DNA of 64,000 nt from Bdellovibrionales bacterium (lineage in GTDB: Bacteria > Bdellovibrionota > Bdellovibrionia > Bdellovibrionales > UBA1609). Position 1 is the first letter of the stretch; each line of letters opens with the position of its first letter. A program made the position numbers and the translations under genes. Shown piece by piece: positions 41,887 through 52,355 of this stretch. Under the pieces are notes generated by a model. That model had not been told where the DNA came from. It did no database searches and was given only the letters and a program-made list of their open reading frames with translations. The stretch covers positions 347,489 through 411,488 of the forward strand of contig CBDBGT010000011.1 of assembly GCA_965205365.1 (NCBI GenBank). The letters are read 5' to 3'.

Positions 41887-42856
41887 AAACCCTCTTTATA
41901 TGTTATAACTTGTTACAAATTTATACATTTCATCAACATACCCTACAACTTTAACCTTCCTAAATGTTTTAATAAGCTTATCACCTTTTCTAATAAAAAA
42001 TGTATCTCTCCCAATTCCAAGGTACTGTTTTCTATAAAATATCTTTCTCCTCTAATTTTAAACAATCACAGATAACTCTCCTCATGTATTAAAAGTTTAA
42101 AGCTAAGGCGATATTTCTTCCCACTATCACATAAATAGACCTTTCTGTCCTCTACTTATAAAAGCTTCATCATTCTCTATAAGAATATTTCATAACAAAT
42201 ATCAGACAAATGTCTAAACTAAACATTGTTCAAATTCTTTAACTTCTTGCATTTTAGTCTTATATTAGCTTCATAACCAACTACACAATTAAAGCTTTTA
42301 AACTATGTATGAAAGCTATTTCACATTAAAACTAAAGTATGTAAAAGAAGTTTTATCACTGATCACAGTAACTAAACTTATAAATAACTCTAAAAAAAGC
42401 AGGGTTTATGCTCCTATATGCTGACTATTTCCCTAATCTTCTTAGATTATTATAGAGAGGTTAGATTTTTTTATATAACTCATAAAAAAGCCTTCTAAAA
42501 AAGTAAACTTAAAAACAAATCTCATAAAAAATTAAGCAATCTTTAAATTACAACCCTGACTTACTCAGAAAAAAAATAAGGAGCCTTACTAAATTTTTTT
42601 AATACGATGAGCTCTTCTTTTTGTAAAAGCACCTAAATCAATAATCTTAACGACTTTTCTCTTAAAGTTTTTTAACCATAAAAACTAGCTTATTCCCCTC
42701 TGTACTAAGATGTTAATTTCAAATATTCTAAATCTATAAAAAACATTATACGCAATCTAGATACTAAGAAAAGAACTGACTTAAGAATACAGCTTATCCA
42801 TGGACATTCCTAATTTTTCAATTATACTAGAAAAATTACTAAAAAAGGTGTTTAAA

Positions 42857-44095
42857 ATGTCTAAATTACAAGCTCCTCGAGGCTGCCACGACTTACTACC
42901 TGAGGATTGTGCTCTTTCAGAAGCTATTTTGATAAAAGCTCAAAAGTGGGCCCATATTTATGGCTTTAAAACCTATAAAACACCAATTTTTGAAAATAGT
43001 GAAGTTTTCACTAAAACTCTAGGCGACACCTCAGACATCATCACCAAAGAAATGTATTCTTTTAATGATCAAAACGATAATCTATTCATATTGCGCCCTG
43101 AAGCCACAGCTCCCCTTGTAAGGCTTTTTATTTCAAAAAAGCTACAAAGATCAGCTCCTTTAAAAATGTTCACCTATGGCCCTATGTTTAGGTATGAGCG
43201 CCCTCAGAAAGGAAGACATCGACAGTTTCATCAAATTGGTATTGAGTATATTGGGGCTCCTAAAGATCTTTTTACTCATTTTGAAGTGATCAGCATGGGT
43301 TGGAATTTTGTAAACTCTCTTAACATTCAACCTCCTTTAAAAATTAAGGTAAATAGCATTGGTTCACATGAAGAGCGAAAAATTTTCAAAGAAAAGCTTG
43401 TTAAATACCTAACACCTTTAAAAAACAAACTCTCTAAAGACTCTCAAAAAAGAATTCTTAATAATCCTTTAAGGATTCTAGACGATAAATCAGAACAGGA
43501 TAGAAGTCTTTTAGCTGATGCTCCAAAAATTATAGATTACATTAGTGAAAAAGCTAGAAAAGAGCTTTTTCACTTAATCAACCTCTGTAAACTAGAAAAT
43601 ATTACAATTGAACATGACCCTTTTTTAGTTCGTGGCCTTGATTACTACAATGATCTTGTTTTTGAAATCATTTGTGAAGGTGAGCTTGGAGCACAAAACA
43701 CTATTCTTGCTGGAGGTAGGTACGACAACCTTGTAGCCTCTATGGGTGGAGGCCATCACCCTGCTATGGGATGGGGAGCTGGCCTTGAAAGACTTATGCT
43801 TTTGTCAAAGATAAGACCTAAAATAATTTCACCCATAGGTTTAGTTCTTCAAAACTCTAATGAAATACTTTTAAGCCAGGTATCAAATGAGCTTCGCTTA
43901 AAAAACATTCCAACTTTTATCCCTACAACAGGTAACTTTTCTAAAAAACTCTTAAAATGCCAAAAAGCAGGGTGTGAAAAAGTTATTATTATTGGAACTA
44001 ATGAAATAAATTCAGGAAATTGGACTATTAAAAATTTTAAAACTGGTTCTCAACAAACCTTCCCTAAAGCAAATTTTTTTAAACTTTTTAATTAA
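42857..44095 (+). CDS. hisS: Histidine--tRNA ligase
   Basis: Class II motifs LRPEATAP, GPMFRYERPQKGRHRQFHQ, GGRYDNL and GWGAGLERL. The ATG at 42857 has an AAAGGTG SD. The track ORF starts earlier, at 42800. Confidence 0.9.
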   Translation: MSKLQAPRGCHDLLPEDCALSEAILIKAQKWAHIYGFKTYKTPIFENSEVFTKTLGDTSDIITKEMYSFNDQNDNLFILRPEATAPLVRLFISKKLQRSAPLKMFTYGPMFRYERPQKGRHRQFHQIGIEYIGAPKDLFTHFEVISMGWNFVNSLNIQPPLKIKVNSIGSHEERKIFKEKLVKYLTPLKNKLSKDSQKRILNNPLRILDDKSEQDRSLLADAPKIIDYISEKARKELFHLINLCKLENITIEHDPFLVRGLDYYNDLVFEIICEGELGAQNTILAGGRYDNLVASMGGGHHPAMGWGAGLERLMLLSKIRPKIISPIGLVLQNSNEILLSQVSNELRLKNIPTFIPTTGNFSKKLLKCQKAGCEKVIIIGTNEINSGNWTIKNFKTGSQQTFPKANFFKLFN

Positions 44096-44126
44096 CAGTG
44101 AATTAAATCATAAAAGTTTTATAAAT

Positions 44127-45542
44127 TTATGAAACCCTAAATAATTTTTTAAGCTTTCTCTCCACCACAACCTTAGAGCAAATATTATGATAAGAGTGAT
44201 TTGCTACAAAATTTTTAGCCCTTTCCATTTTTTCAATATGATTCCCTTGGCTTAAGTCACAAATAAAATCTTGATCTATGCCCTTAAGACTATCTAACAT
44301 ACTAACCATTTTAAAACCCAAAGGATACACAAAGTTTTTATCATGGGAAACCCCGTCTTGAACATCTGCATATACTAAAAACAAAGCTTGCTTAGAAATG
44401 ACCCTCATCTCAACTTGAGTTAAAAAAAGATCTAAGTTATTTCTTCTAAAATTTCTAAGAATAAGCCCCTTATCTCCTGAAAGCCTATCAAAATTTTTAC
44501 TAAAATGTATTTTTTTAACCTCTTGATTTTGATCAAGATAAAAGATTTCACTATCAGAAATAGCATAAGAAGGTGCTGAATCTATAACAATAACCTTATC
44601 AAAAGCTGAAATGAACTCTTGCATTTCAACAAAAGGAAATAACATTTCGCTTGGAAAAAGAATACATGCTTTGTTTAATTTAGTATTGTTTTTATAATTA
44701 AAATTTTCTTCAGAAATAATTGACCATTCTGTAAACTTTCCCCATCCTGATGCCTCTGACTTTATTAAATCTTCAACCTCACCCCTTCTAGGAGAATCAA
44801 TTAAGAAAAATACACTTTTACTATCTACCGTATTCAAAACATCTAACTCAATCATTGAAGCTCTCCTCGATTCATCTTCAAAACCACTAAAAAGCAAATT
44901 CTCAATTTTTTCAAAATTGAATCTTTTATTTTTAACCTCACTAAAAATCTTAAAATAAAACCCAAACGTAAGCACTCTCATTACACAAAGTACTAGTATC
45001 AAAACTTCTTTATTTTGAAAAACTGAAAACTGTACCATAAACATTGGAATTAAAAAAAGTGCTATATCTACCCATAATTCTTTTAATAAAACTCTAAACT
45101 CTTTATTTTTAGTCAAAGTGTCTTCTAACAATTCTTTAAGTACAGTTGAATCTGTATAATCCCTATACTCACCTGTACGGCTAAAAAACCTCTCTACTCT
45201 TAAAAGCTCACTCTTATTTTTAAAATCTCTAGGGAGAAATACGTATGACTTTCTTAGATACCCTAAAAAATCGTTTAAAATCAAACCCTCAGTATTTTGT
45301 AGTTTACCCTCAACTATATTCTTAATTGTTTCTTTTATTAGATATTTGTAATCTTTAAGATACAACCATTTAAGACTTAGAATTCCAAACAACCCTAAAG
45401 CTCCAATAAACAAAGAGATATTTGAATTTGGTAATCTCTTAAAAAGCAAGACCATTTCTATTACAAAAAATAATGATATAACCGCTGATGAAATCAATAC
45501 TATATTTTTTTTATTTCTAGCCTGTTTTTCCAAATTTACCAC
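44127..45542 (-). CDS. Hypothetical polytopic membrane protein
   Basis: Several N-terminal and central hydrophobic helices; no family recognised. Confidence 0.4.
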   Translation of the reverse strand: MVNLEKQARNKKNIVLISSAVISLFFVIEMVLLFKRLPNSNISLFIGALGLFGILSLKWLYLKDYKYLIKETIKNIVEGKLQNTEGLILNDFLGYLRKSYVFLPRDFKNKSELLRVERFFSRTGEYRDYTDSTVLKELLEDTLTKNKEFRVLLKELWVDIALFLIPMFMVQFSVFQNKEVLILVLCVMRVLTFGFYFKIFSEVKNKRFNFEKIENLLFSGFEDESRRASMIELDVLNTVDSKSVFFLIDSPRRGEVEDLIKSEASGWGKFTEWSIISEENFNYKNNTKLNKACILFPSEMLFPFVEMQEFISAFDKVIVIDSAPSYAISDSEIFYLDQNQEVKKIHFSKNFDRLSGDKGLILRNFRRNNLDLFLTQVEMRVISKQALFLVYADVQDGVSHDKNFVYPLGFKMVSMLDSLKGIDQDFICDLSQGNHIEKMERAKNFVANHSYHNICSKVVVERKLKKLFRVS

Positions 45543-45642
45543 TTACAACTTACTCCAACCCAATACCTTTTTTAAAATATTACCTTTGGTAACTTTTATC
45601 GGAGTCCTTTAGTAAGGTCTTTAACTAGACCTTTAAACCTTT

Positions 45643-46620
45643 TTATGCACCGTAAAGAAGCTTGAGTCTTTCTTTATCAATATCTGATAAGCCATTGTTA
45701 ATAGGAGATATTTTATCTTTTATAAGTGATTCTAATGATTTTAAGCCTGGCTTTGCAAAAGCTTTATCATCATACATCATTATTGAGTTAAAACTGATAT
45801 TAAACACAGACCCTTCGTATTGATGAACCAACGTATCTGGTAAAATTGCAAAATTATGCTGAAAATTTTTATCAATATTCTCCCATAAAACTTTAAGATA
45901 CCTATTTCTATCTTCTCTTTGCTGCTCGTGGACAAAACCTAAAGCATGCATCAATTCATGTATAACATCTTGAGTGCTACATGAAGACCTTAAATACACC
46001 GGTTGAAATCCACCTACACGGCCTAAATAAGATGAGCACGGAACATCTTCTCTAAACTTAAAAACAATAGCATCCTTATCAAGTTCAATATTAATAGGAA
46101 CGAATTCCATAATTGTCTCTTGATTAAAATATTTTATTGCTTCTAAGGCTTTAATTTTTAAATCTTGTGGAAAATTCTCACTAAACCCAAAAGGAATTTC
46201 AAAACTCTTCCATAATTTAGACTCTAAGGGTTTATCTTTTAACAAACGGTTTTTTAACCCCAGCTCTCCTTTAAATTCCCCTAATACTATATCCCCTCCA
46301 ACTAAGGCTATACCATCTTGAACCTTAAAGTATACATAGTCAGATTTTTTAGAAAAAAATAAACTCCCATTAATATCTTCATTAGCTTCTTTTAAAGCAG
46401 CACTTTTTTTACGATATTCTTTATCAATGAGTTTCACATTTTTAATTTTTGAGTTTTCTAAAAACACAGCACCGTTCTTTTTTAAGGTAGCACCCCTAAT
46501 TTCTCCGGCCTCTTTCTCTATCTTAATTGACGATTTAGTAGGACTCGAGTTAAAAACTCTAACCATAGCAAACAAAACCAGTGTGGTGATTGTCGCAGCA
46601 ATAAACTTAGATTTATTCAT
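45643..46620 (-). CDS. Astacin-like zinc metalloprotease (M12A)
   Basis: HELMHALGFVHEQQREDR (HExxHxxGxxHE), a downstream SIMMY Met-turn, and an N-terminal signal/anchor. Confidence 0.8.
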   Translation of the reverse strand: MNKSKFIAATITTLVLFAMVRVFNSSPTKSSIKIEKEAGEIRGATLKKNGAVFLENSKIKNVKLIDKEYRKKSAALKEANEDINGSLFFSKKSDYVYFKVQDGIALVGGDIVLGEFKGELGLKNRLLKDKPLESKLWKSFEIPFGFSENFPQDLKIKALEAIKYFNQETIMEFVPINIELDKDAIVFKFREDVPCSSYLGRVGGFQPVYLRSSCSTQDVIHELMHALGFVHEQQREDRNRYLKVLWENIDKNFQHNFAILPDTLVHQYEGSVFNISFNSIMMYDDKAFAKPGLKSLESLIKDKISPINNGLSDIDKERLKLLYGA

Positions 46621-46723
46621 TTATTAGACTTTCCTTTAATTTTCTTTTTTTTAGAATAATGCGTTATATACATTTTATGGTTTCATATCCACTGTTTAAT
46701 GAGAATATGACTAAAATTTATGT

Positions 46724-46810
46724 GCCTTGGTGGCGAAATTGGTAGACGCACAGGACTTAAAATCCTGCGGTAGCAATACCATGCCGGTTCAAGTCCGGCC
46801 CGAGGCACCA
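46724..46810 (+). tRNA. tRNA-Leu (anticodon UAA), encoded CCA
   Basis: Acceptor stem gccttgg/ccgaggc, anticodon arm cagga-CUUAAAA-tcctg, long variable arm, T-arm ccgg-ttcaagt-ccgg, and a 3' acca. Confidence 0.9.
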
Positions 46811-47056
46811 TTTAAACCAGTCCACGGACCGTTAAAATTTGTGGCATAAAAATGTCAATATTCAAATTTTTATCTCCTCATATATAGTGAGAACGTCCAT
46901 ATCGTCCACAGCCTTAAAACACCAGAATCTCAAGATTTTAAACTCAAATACAATATATCCACTTTAAAGGTTTAATTTTCATCTAATTGGCCCCGCAATA
47001 TTAACGTCAACCCCAATCAAACCTATTGGCTCATAAATTGCTTAACATTTTACAAT

Positions 47057-48895
47057 ATGCAAGGCCTTGATAAAAAAAAATTATACCTTAAGGTTTTCTT
47101 TGCTTTTTTTTTAGGGCAAACGGCTTTATGCCAATGGGATAAGGTTGATGGTACTGATTTTCTCCCTATCCAGGCCGCTGAACAAATTCACAATCAGTAC
47201 AATGAATCACATCATGAGCTCTCAAAAGATGAACTCAGCAAAGTTATTCATTTTTTAAAAAATGCCCTATTAAAACATGGTATTCACCAATTTTATCTTA
47301 TTGGTGGTTTTTCACTCAAAATCCTAAAAAGCCTTAGTAACAATACTAACAAAATATCTTTTCGTGATATGGACATAGCCATTGTCCTTAATAAAAAAAT
47401 TATAGAATCCGATGTGGCCAAAATATCTCAAACAATTTCAAAAGCTTTTTCTGTACCTTTTGACCCAACCCTTATAGGTGATCGACAGCGAGAGCGGCTC
47501 AACAAAAATAGCAAACCTGAAAACTACAATGCCGGTTATGGAAGTTTTATTAAAACTAAAAAAGGAATACTAGATCTTTCTTTTTTTCATACACAAACAG
47601 ACCTAACTAATAACGGCTTAGCTGCTTGGGACAGAATTTTAATCCCTGTTAATCCAGATTTTTCCATTGAAGATCTTAGCAAAGCTTTTAAGAGAAATGA
47701 GTATAGTTATCTCCTGAAACAAGAGCTTATAATAGATCCTTATAACGGATGGAAGCATTTAATGAATAAAGAAATAAAAAATCTAAACTGGGTAGCTTTA
47801 AAAGCTAAACCACACTTAATGACTTTAAGGCTTTTAAGAGGACTTAACAACAACGATATTCCCCTTGATGAATTTACAGAAGCCAAACTAAAAAAATTAT
47901 TCAGTAAACACACCACTCCTTTATTTATTGATTGGACTGTTCACAATCTTGATAAAGTAACCACTGATAAAAAAGGAGCAAATATTTTAGTACAATTAGC
48001 AAAAATTAGATTTTTTAAAGGATGGGCTGATGACTTATCTAAATTCTTATTAAAGAACTCCATTAAAGAGATAAGAACAACATTAGAATCTCCTAATTAT
48101 AATTTTGAAAAATACTCCCCTCTCTGGAACCTACTTAAAACCTCGACACCACTTAAAAAAAGAGTTTGGTTTATTAAAGGCATTGCGACCTTTTCACCGA
48201 AATTATTTTTAAAAAATGCCAATGAATTCTTATCAGACGGCAGCAAAGTTCTAAGAGCAGCTTATTTTACAGGTGATTTTAGTCCATTCCATAATGGTCA
48301 TAAAAGTGTCATTAAAACTGTACTAGCAAAAACCTCTGTAGACCTTGTCTTTCCTCTTGTAATTCCCCACCCTCGTCAAGGCTCATTAACAGATGAGTTT
48401 GATAATAAAGAATGGACTGAACGATTTACATTTACCAAACTAGGTCTTCAACCTATTCTAGAAGCAATCACTATTCCATTTCATAAGTTTGACTGGAAAA
48501 CAAATCCTAACACTCAAAAACTTATTGATACAATTGATCGCTATATTGACCCAAATAAACCCCTCACTCAAATTGCTGGAGGTGACAGTATTTTGAGAAT
48601 GGCGGCGTTTGGTTTTCTTGATAAAGACACACGACCACGTATTATCGTTTCACGGAAAGGAGTAAATATACCTACACACCTTACTCATCGCCCTTATGTG
48701 CAGCTTATTAGCAATATTATTTCCCGACCTATTTCATCCACATTTTTATTCCATACTATAGCGACTAAGGGCAATGCTCCAGAAATGAACCCCAATGTAC
48801 TTAAATATATGATGAGTTTAAAAAGATATAATGCTGCTCTAAGGACAATACGCAAGTCCAACGGAATATGGTGCACAAAAATACTTTCACAATAA
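47057..48895 (+). CDS. Two-domain protein: Pol-beta-type nucleotidyltransferase-like N-terminal region plus NadD/NMNAT-like adenylyltransferase C-terminal domain
   Basis: The N-terminus has LIGGFS...(x)...RDMDIAIV (a GG/S...DxD NTase pattern). The C-terminus has GDFSPFHNGH (GxFxPxHxGH) and ISSTF (the ISST motif). The N-terminus is hydrophobic and signal-like. Confidence 0.5.
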   Translation: MQGLDKKKLYLKVFFAFFLGQTALCQWDKVDGTDFLPIQAAEQIHNQYNESHHELSKDELSKVIHFLKNALLKHGIHQFYLIGGFSLKILKSLSNNTNKISFRDMDIAIVLNKKIIESDVAKISQTISKAFSVPFDPTLIGDRQRERLNKNSKPENYNAGYGSFIKTKKGILDLSFFHTQTDLTNNGLAAWDRILIPVNPDFSIEDLSKAFKRNEYSYLLKQELIIDPYNGWKHLMNKEIKNLNWVALKAKPHLMTLRLLRGLNNNDIPLDEFTEAKLKKLFSKHTTPLFIDWTVHNLDKVTTDKKGANILVQLAKIRFFKGWADDLSKFLLKNSIKEIRTTLESPNYNFEKYSPLWNLLKTSTPLKKRVWFIKGIATFSPKLFLKNANEFLSDGSKVLRAAYFTGDFSPFHNGHKSVIKTVLAKTSVDLVFPLVIPHPRQGSLTDEFDNKEWTERFTFTKLGLQPILEAITIPFHKFDWKTNPNTQKLIDTIDRYIDPNKPLTQIAGGDSILRMAAFGFLDKDTRPRIIVSRKGVNIPTHLTHRPYVQLISNIISRPISSTFLFHTIATKGNAPEMNPNVLKYMMSLKRYNAALRTIRKSNGIWCTKILSQ

Positions 48896-49175
48896 CTCAA
48901 AAAGTATACGACAATGGAAAATAAAAAACCTCAGTTATATGGCCTAAGCCATTATAAGGAGTTAAAGATTCATTTTTTAGAAAAGAAAAGAGTTTTTAAA
49001 GCTTGTTTCGTATCTTTTAGAAAAATGGAAGCTTAAATAAATGTTTAGTATTGAAAGCTGTTCTCAACTAACTTTTGTCTACGGGTCATGTGTCTAAATC
49101 AATAAAAGATATTCAAGTCTATAAGAAGCCTTCCGCGACTTACTCTTTATGCAACGAACAAAGCTAATAAAAACC

Positions 49176-50024
49176 TTACATTGAACATTCCATAGATATA
49201 CTTGGAAAATTAGACCCTCCTGACACATTATTATAAATTTTCATTCGGCCTAACACGCCGCTACGGTGGTATATATAGCCCCCTATATAACATTTTTCTA
49301 AACTCTTAATACTAAGTAAATCTCCTAAATTAAATGCAATACCAACCCCTAGATAATTTAAAAGCTTTGAATCTCGCCCATCATTCTCTCTTCTAGTCTC
49401 AAGACCTTCAAAATAAGGCACTTTTTCAGCATAATTAATACCTTCTCCAAGCTCAAACTTAGTTCTAATTTTATTACTCCAGGGAAATTTTTTCCATTCG
49501 AGTTTAACCATAGCAGTGTAGGACGAATACCTTCCTTGATAACTTTTATCATTATGAGTTGCAAGACCAATTACAGCTACAATATCAATAGGCCAATCAT
49601 TAAAGTTTGTATAAATAACTCTACCAACTTCAAGACCTACCACACCTGTATCTTCTCCAAATTCGGAAGATTGTGATAACTGAGAGCCAGCTATAATCTT
49701 ACCAAGATTATCTTCTACGTAACTACCCTTAAAAACTTTAATTCTCCACTTGTCATTATCATCTTTTTCTATTTTAGCTTTACGAATAACAGATATTTGT
49801 CCCGGAATTACATGTTCAACACTAAATTCACCAGTATCCTTATTACCACCCCTGACTATCGTAAGTGAAGCATCCCCTATTACCTCCGGTTCATTGTTAT
49901 CTAAGCATATGCTGTCACCATTAATATTTTTCATCATAATGACACATTTTGTTGAATCCGTGGCCTCAATTGAAAAAGAGGACTCCACAAATAGGAAGAG
50001 TAACCCAAATAGAACTTTTTTCAT
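49176..50024 (-). CDS. Hypothetical secreted/outer-membrane protein (weak PagL/acyloxyacyl-hydrolase-like C-terminus)
   Basis: AAGGAG SD and signal peptide MKKVLFGLLFLFVESSFS; C-terminal beta-rich region ending ...YHRSG...N.SGGSNF. Confidence 0.3.
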   Translation of the reverse strand: MKKVLFGLLFLFVESSFSIEATDSTKCVIMMKNINGDSICLDNNEPEVIGDASLTIVRGGNKDTGEFSVEHVIPGQISVIRKAKIEKDDNDKWRIKVFKGSYVEDNLGKIIAGSQLSQSSEFGEDTGVVGLEVGRVIYTNFNDWPIDIVAVIGLATHNDKSYQGRYSSYTAMVKLEWKKFPWSNKIRTKFELGEGINYAEKVPYFEGLETRRENDGRDSKLLNYLGVGIAFNLGDLLSIKSLEKCYIGGYIYHRSGVLGRMKIYNNVSGGSNFPSISMECSM

Positions 50025-50388
50025 CTTTTTATCTCCTTTGCTCATTAAAATTAGTTTTTTTATAACCATTGTTTGTTATTTCTCTACATTTAAAAATTTA
50101 GTTTATACTAAAAAAAGCTCTTCTTAAGAAATTTTAGATGAATTTTGAAAATTCAGGTATTTTTTACAAATTTGTAAAAAATAAAATCATTTAAGTTAGG
50201 ATTCTAGTGCTTGAGAATTGTAATGCTAATCTAAGGGGGTGCTGATTAGATTATGACTTAGGATATTTTGATGATAAAAGTAAGCGAGGCCAATAGCCGA
50301 TCCTTTTGGTTTAGAAAAAGTGTAAACTATGTCTCCGGTATGGACCCTTGTTAATGTTTTTTATTTTTACTAAATTTATACTTGAAAA

Positions 50389-50465
50389 TGGCGGGGTGGA
50401 CGGGACTCGAACCCGCGGCCTCCGCCGTGACAGGGCGGCGTTATAACCAACTTAACTACCACCCC
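50389..50465 (-). tRNA. tRNA-Asp (anticodon GUC), encoded CCA
   Basis: The reverse complement is ggggtggtagttaagttggttataacgccgccCTGTCACggcggaggccgcgggttcgagtcccgtccaccccgcca. It has a canonical cloverleaf. Confidence 0.9.
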
Positions 50466-50656
50466 TAGTAGTAGATATAAAAAATAAATTTATCTAACAT
50501 TCTCTTAAAGTACAAGAAAAAATTATCTTTTAATCTTATTTCTCTATACTAATTTTAAAAAATAATTGCTGAAATTTAAACTTAATATTTTATGCGTATA
50601 AGCTTCTAATTCTATGGATAACATACCTTTATCTAAACTATTTAAATACTTTTTCT

Positions 50657-52129
50657 CTATAAAAATGGCTCCTTTATCAAAGCCTTAAATAAGTATCTAT
50701 AAGACTTAAGTAGATTATAATCTGATTTTTTAAGAGCTTTTTTAAAGGATTTTTCCACAGGATTTCGCCTCTTTCCATTGACCTTAAATACTCCCACACC
50801 TCCTCCAGCTATTAAGCCAGCGCCTACAGCTGTAGTTTCAATATTTTTAGAGCGCATAAGCTTTAACGATGAAAGCTTAGCCTGAACCTCCATAAAAATA
50901 TCCGACATAGAAGCTCCTCCATCAATATAAACTCTTTTTAGTTTTTTTGAAACATCCTGCTCCATAGCTTCAAAAATCAATGTATTTTGAAAAGACAAAC
51001 CTTCTAATAAAGCCCTTGCCATATGAGATGCTTTTGTACCCCTTGTAAGCCCTAAAAAAGCACCCTTAGACTCTGGTGACCAGTAAGGCGCTCCTACTCC
51101 AGAAAAAGTAGGCGCAAACTTAACTCCTTGTGAAGTCTGAGCACTTAAAGCTAATTTTCCAATATCAGCAGCTTTCTTTAAAACACCCAATTCATCTACA
51201 AACCAATTGATACAAGAACCACAATTAAAGGCCCCACCCTCTAAAGCATAAACAGGTTTTTGACCTTTAAGCCTCCAGGCTACAGTAGTCAACAAACCTG
51301 ACTTTGAATAAACCAATTTATTTCCTGTGTTTAAAAGAATAAAGCTACCCGTTCCAAAGGTACACTTCACATCCCCCTCTTTAACCCCGTACTGCCCAAA
51401 AAGAGCAGCCTGCTGATCACCTAAAATACCTGTTATAGGGGTTCCATCTACCAAAGGTGCAAAGTTTTTAATGGAACCAAAATTAGAATCTGAATTGACC
51501 ACCTTTGCAAGAATATTTTCTGAAATATTAAAGTATTTTAAAAGATCTTTATCCCATTTTTGAGTTTTAATATTAAATAACTGAGTACGTGATGCATTAC
51601 TAGGTTCTGTATAAAAACTTTTTCCTCCAGTAAGATTCCAGAGTAAAAAAGTATCTATAGTTCCAACCATTAAATTTTTAGCTTTTGATTTATTATTTTT
51701 TAAAAACCATTCTATTTTCGTAGATGAAAAATACGGATCAACACTCAATCCTGTTTTTTTCTTAATCCAATTTCCATCACTTTTTTTAATCTCTTCAGTT
51801 CTTAAACTTGTTCTCCTACACTGCCAAACAATGGCGTTTCCAAAAGCTTTCCCTGTCTTAGAGTTCCAAAAAACAACAGTTTCTCTCTGATTTGTAATTC
51901 CTATTGTAAGAACATCTTTAGGATTCTTATTTGTTTTCTTAAACACCTTTTGAATAGCTTTTTTAACACTGTTTAAAATGTCTTCAGGGTTGTGTTCAAC
52001 CCATCCAATTTTTGGAAAAATTTGCTTAAAAGCAACATTGCTTAAACCAAGCACTTCCCCCTTTGTGTTCATAATCAAAGCCGTAGAGCCCGTAGTCCCC
52101 TGGTCTAAAGAAAGTATTAGGTTTTTCAT
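50657..52129 (-). CDS. glpK: Glycerol kinase
   Basis: FGGY-family motifs LDQGTTGST, GITNQRET and GDQQAALFGQ; 490 aa. Confidence 0.9.
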   Translation of the reverse strand: MKNLILSLDQGTTGSTALIMNTKGEVLGLSNVAFKQIFPKIGWVEHNPEDILNSVKKAIQKVFKKTNKNPKDVLTIGITNQRETVVFWNSKTGKAFGNAIVWQCRRTSLRTEEIKKSDGNWIKKKTGLSVDPYFSSTKIEWFLKNNKSKAKNLMVGTIDTFLLWNLTGGKSFYTEPSNASRTQLFNIKTQKWDKDLLKYFNISENILAKVVNSDSNFGSIKNFAPLVDGTPITGILGDQQAALFGQYGVKEGDVKCTFGTGSFILLNTGNKLVYSKSGLLTTVAWRLKGQKPVYALEGGAFNCGSCINWFVDELGVLKKAADIGKLALSAQTSQGVKFAPTFSGVGAPYWSPESKGAFLGLTRGTKASHMARALLEGLSFQNTLIFEAMEQDVSKKLKRVYIDGGASMSDIFMEVQAKLSSLKLMRSKNIETTAVGAGLIAGGGVGVFKVNGKRRNPVEKSFKKALKKSDYNLLKSYRYLFKALIKEPFL

Positions 52130-52330
52130 ATGTTTTTTAAGTCTACTCGCCTGGAGTGTCTAAGGCAATAGGGCCTGTTAATCCATGGATTAACTTTGTC
52201 AAAACACCTGCATTCTCTAAATCATCAATGCTTCCCCCTATAAGCTCTGATTTCATAATACTTGCCATAAAAACAGCCAAAATCATCAACAAAATATACT
52301 CTAAAACCAACTGACCACTCTGCTTTCCTC
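52028..52330. repeat. Left copy of a perfect 303-bp direct duplication flanking the DGR-bearing element
   Basis: Identical by eye to 61994-62296. It covers glpK codons 1-34, the glpK/flp spacer and 188 nt of the flp-like gene, and ends exactly at the IS terminus. Confidence 0.9.
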
Positions 52331-52355
52331 CTGACTTCGACACAACACGGCGCAT
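52143..52355 (-). CDS. Flp-type pilin-like gene, chimeric copy (5' end supplied by the IS-derived element)
   Basis: The C-terminal 62 codons are identical to the copy at 62109-62333. The first 8 codons (MRRVVSKS) read out of the 153-bp mini-IS. The G/QLVLEY (G/XXXXEY) motif is retained. Confidence 0.4.
   Translation of the reverse strand: MRRVVSKSGGKQSGQLVLEYILLMILAVFMASIMKSELIGGSIDDLENAGVLTKLIHGLTGPIALDTPGE

Noticed and set aside
50229-50262. Small inverted repeat (taatctaa ... ttagatta) upstream of tRNA-Asp
   Set aside because: It has only an 8-bp AT-rich stem and a large loop, with no associated gene end or conserved RNA features.
46811-50388. The tRNA-Leu to tRNA-Asp interval as a genomic island
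   Set aside because: I saw no integrase, no direct repeat of a tRNA 3' end and no mobility genes. The interval holds only two hypothetical or secreted genes, so the evidence is insufficient.
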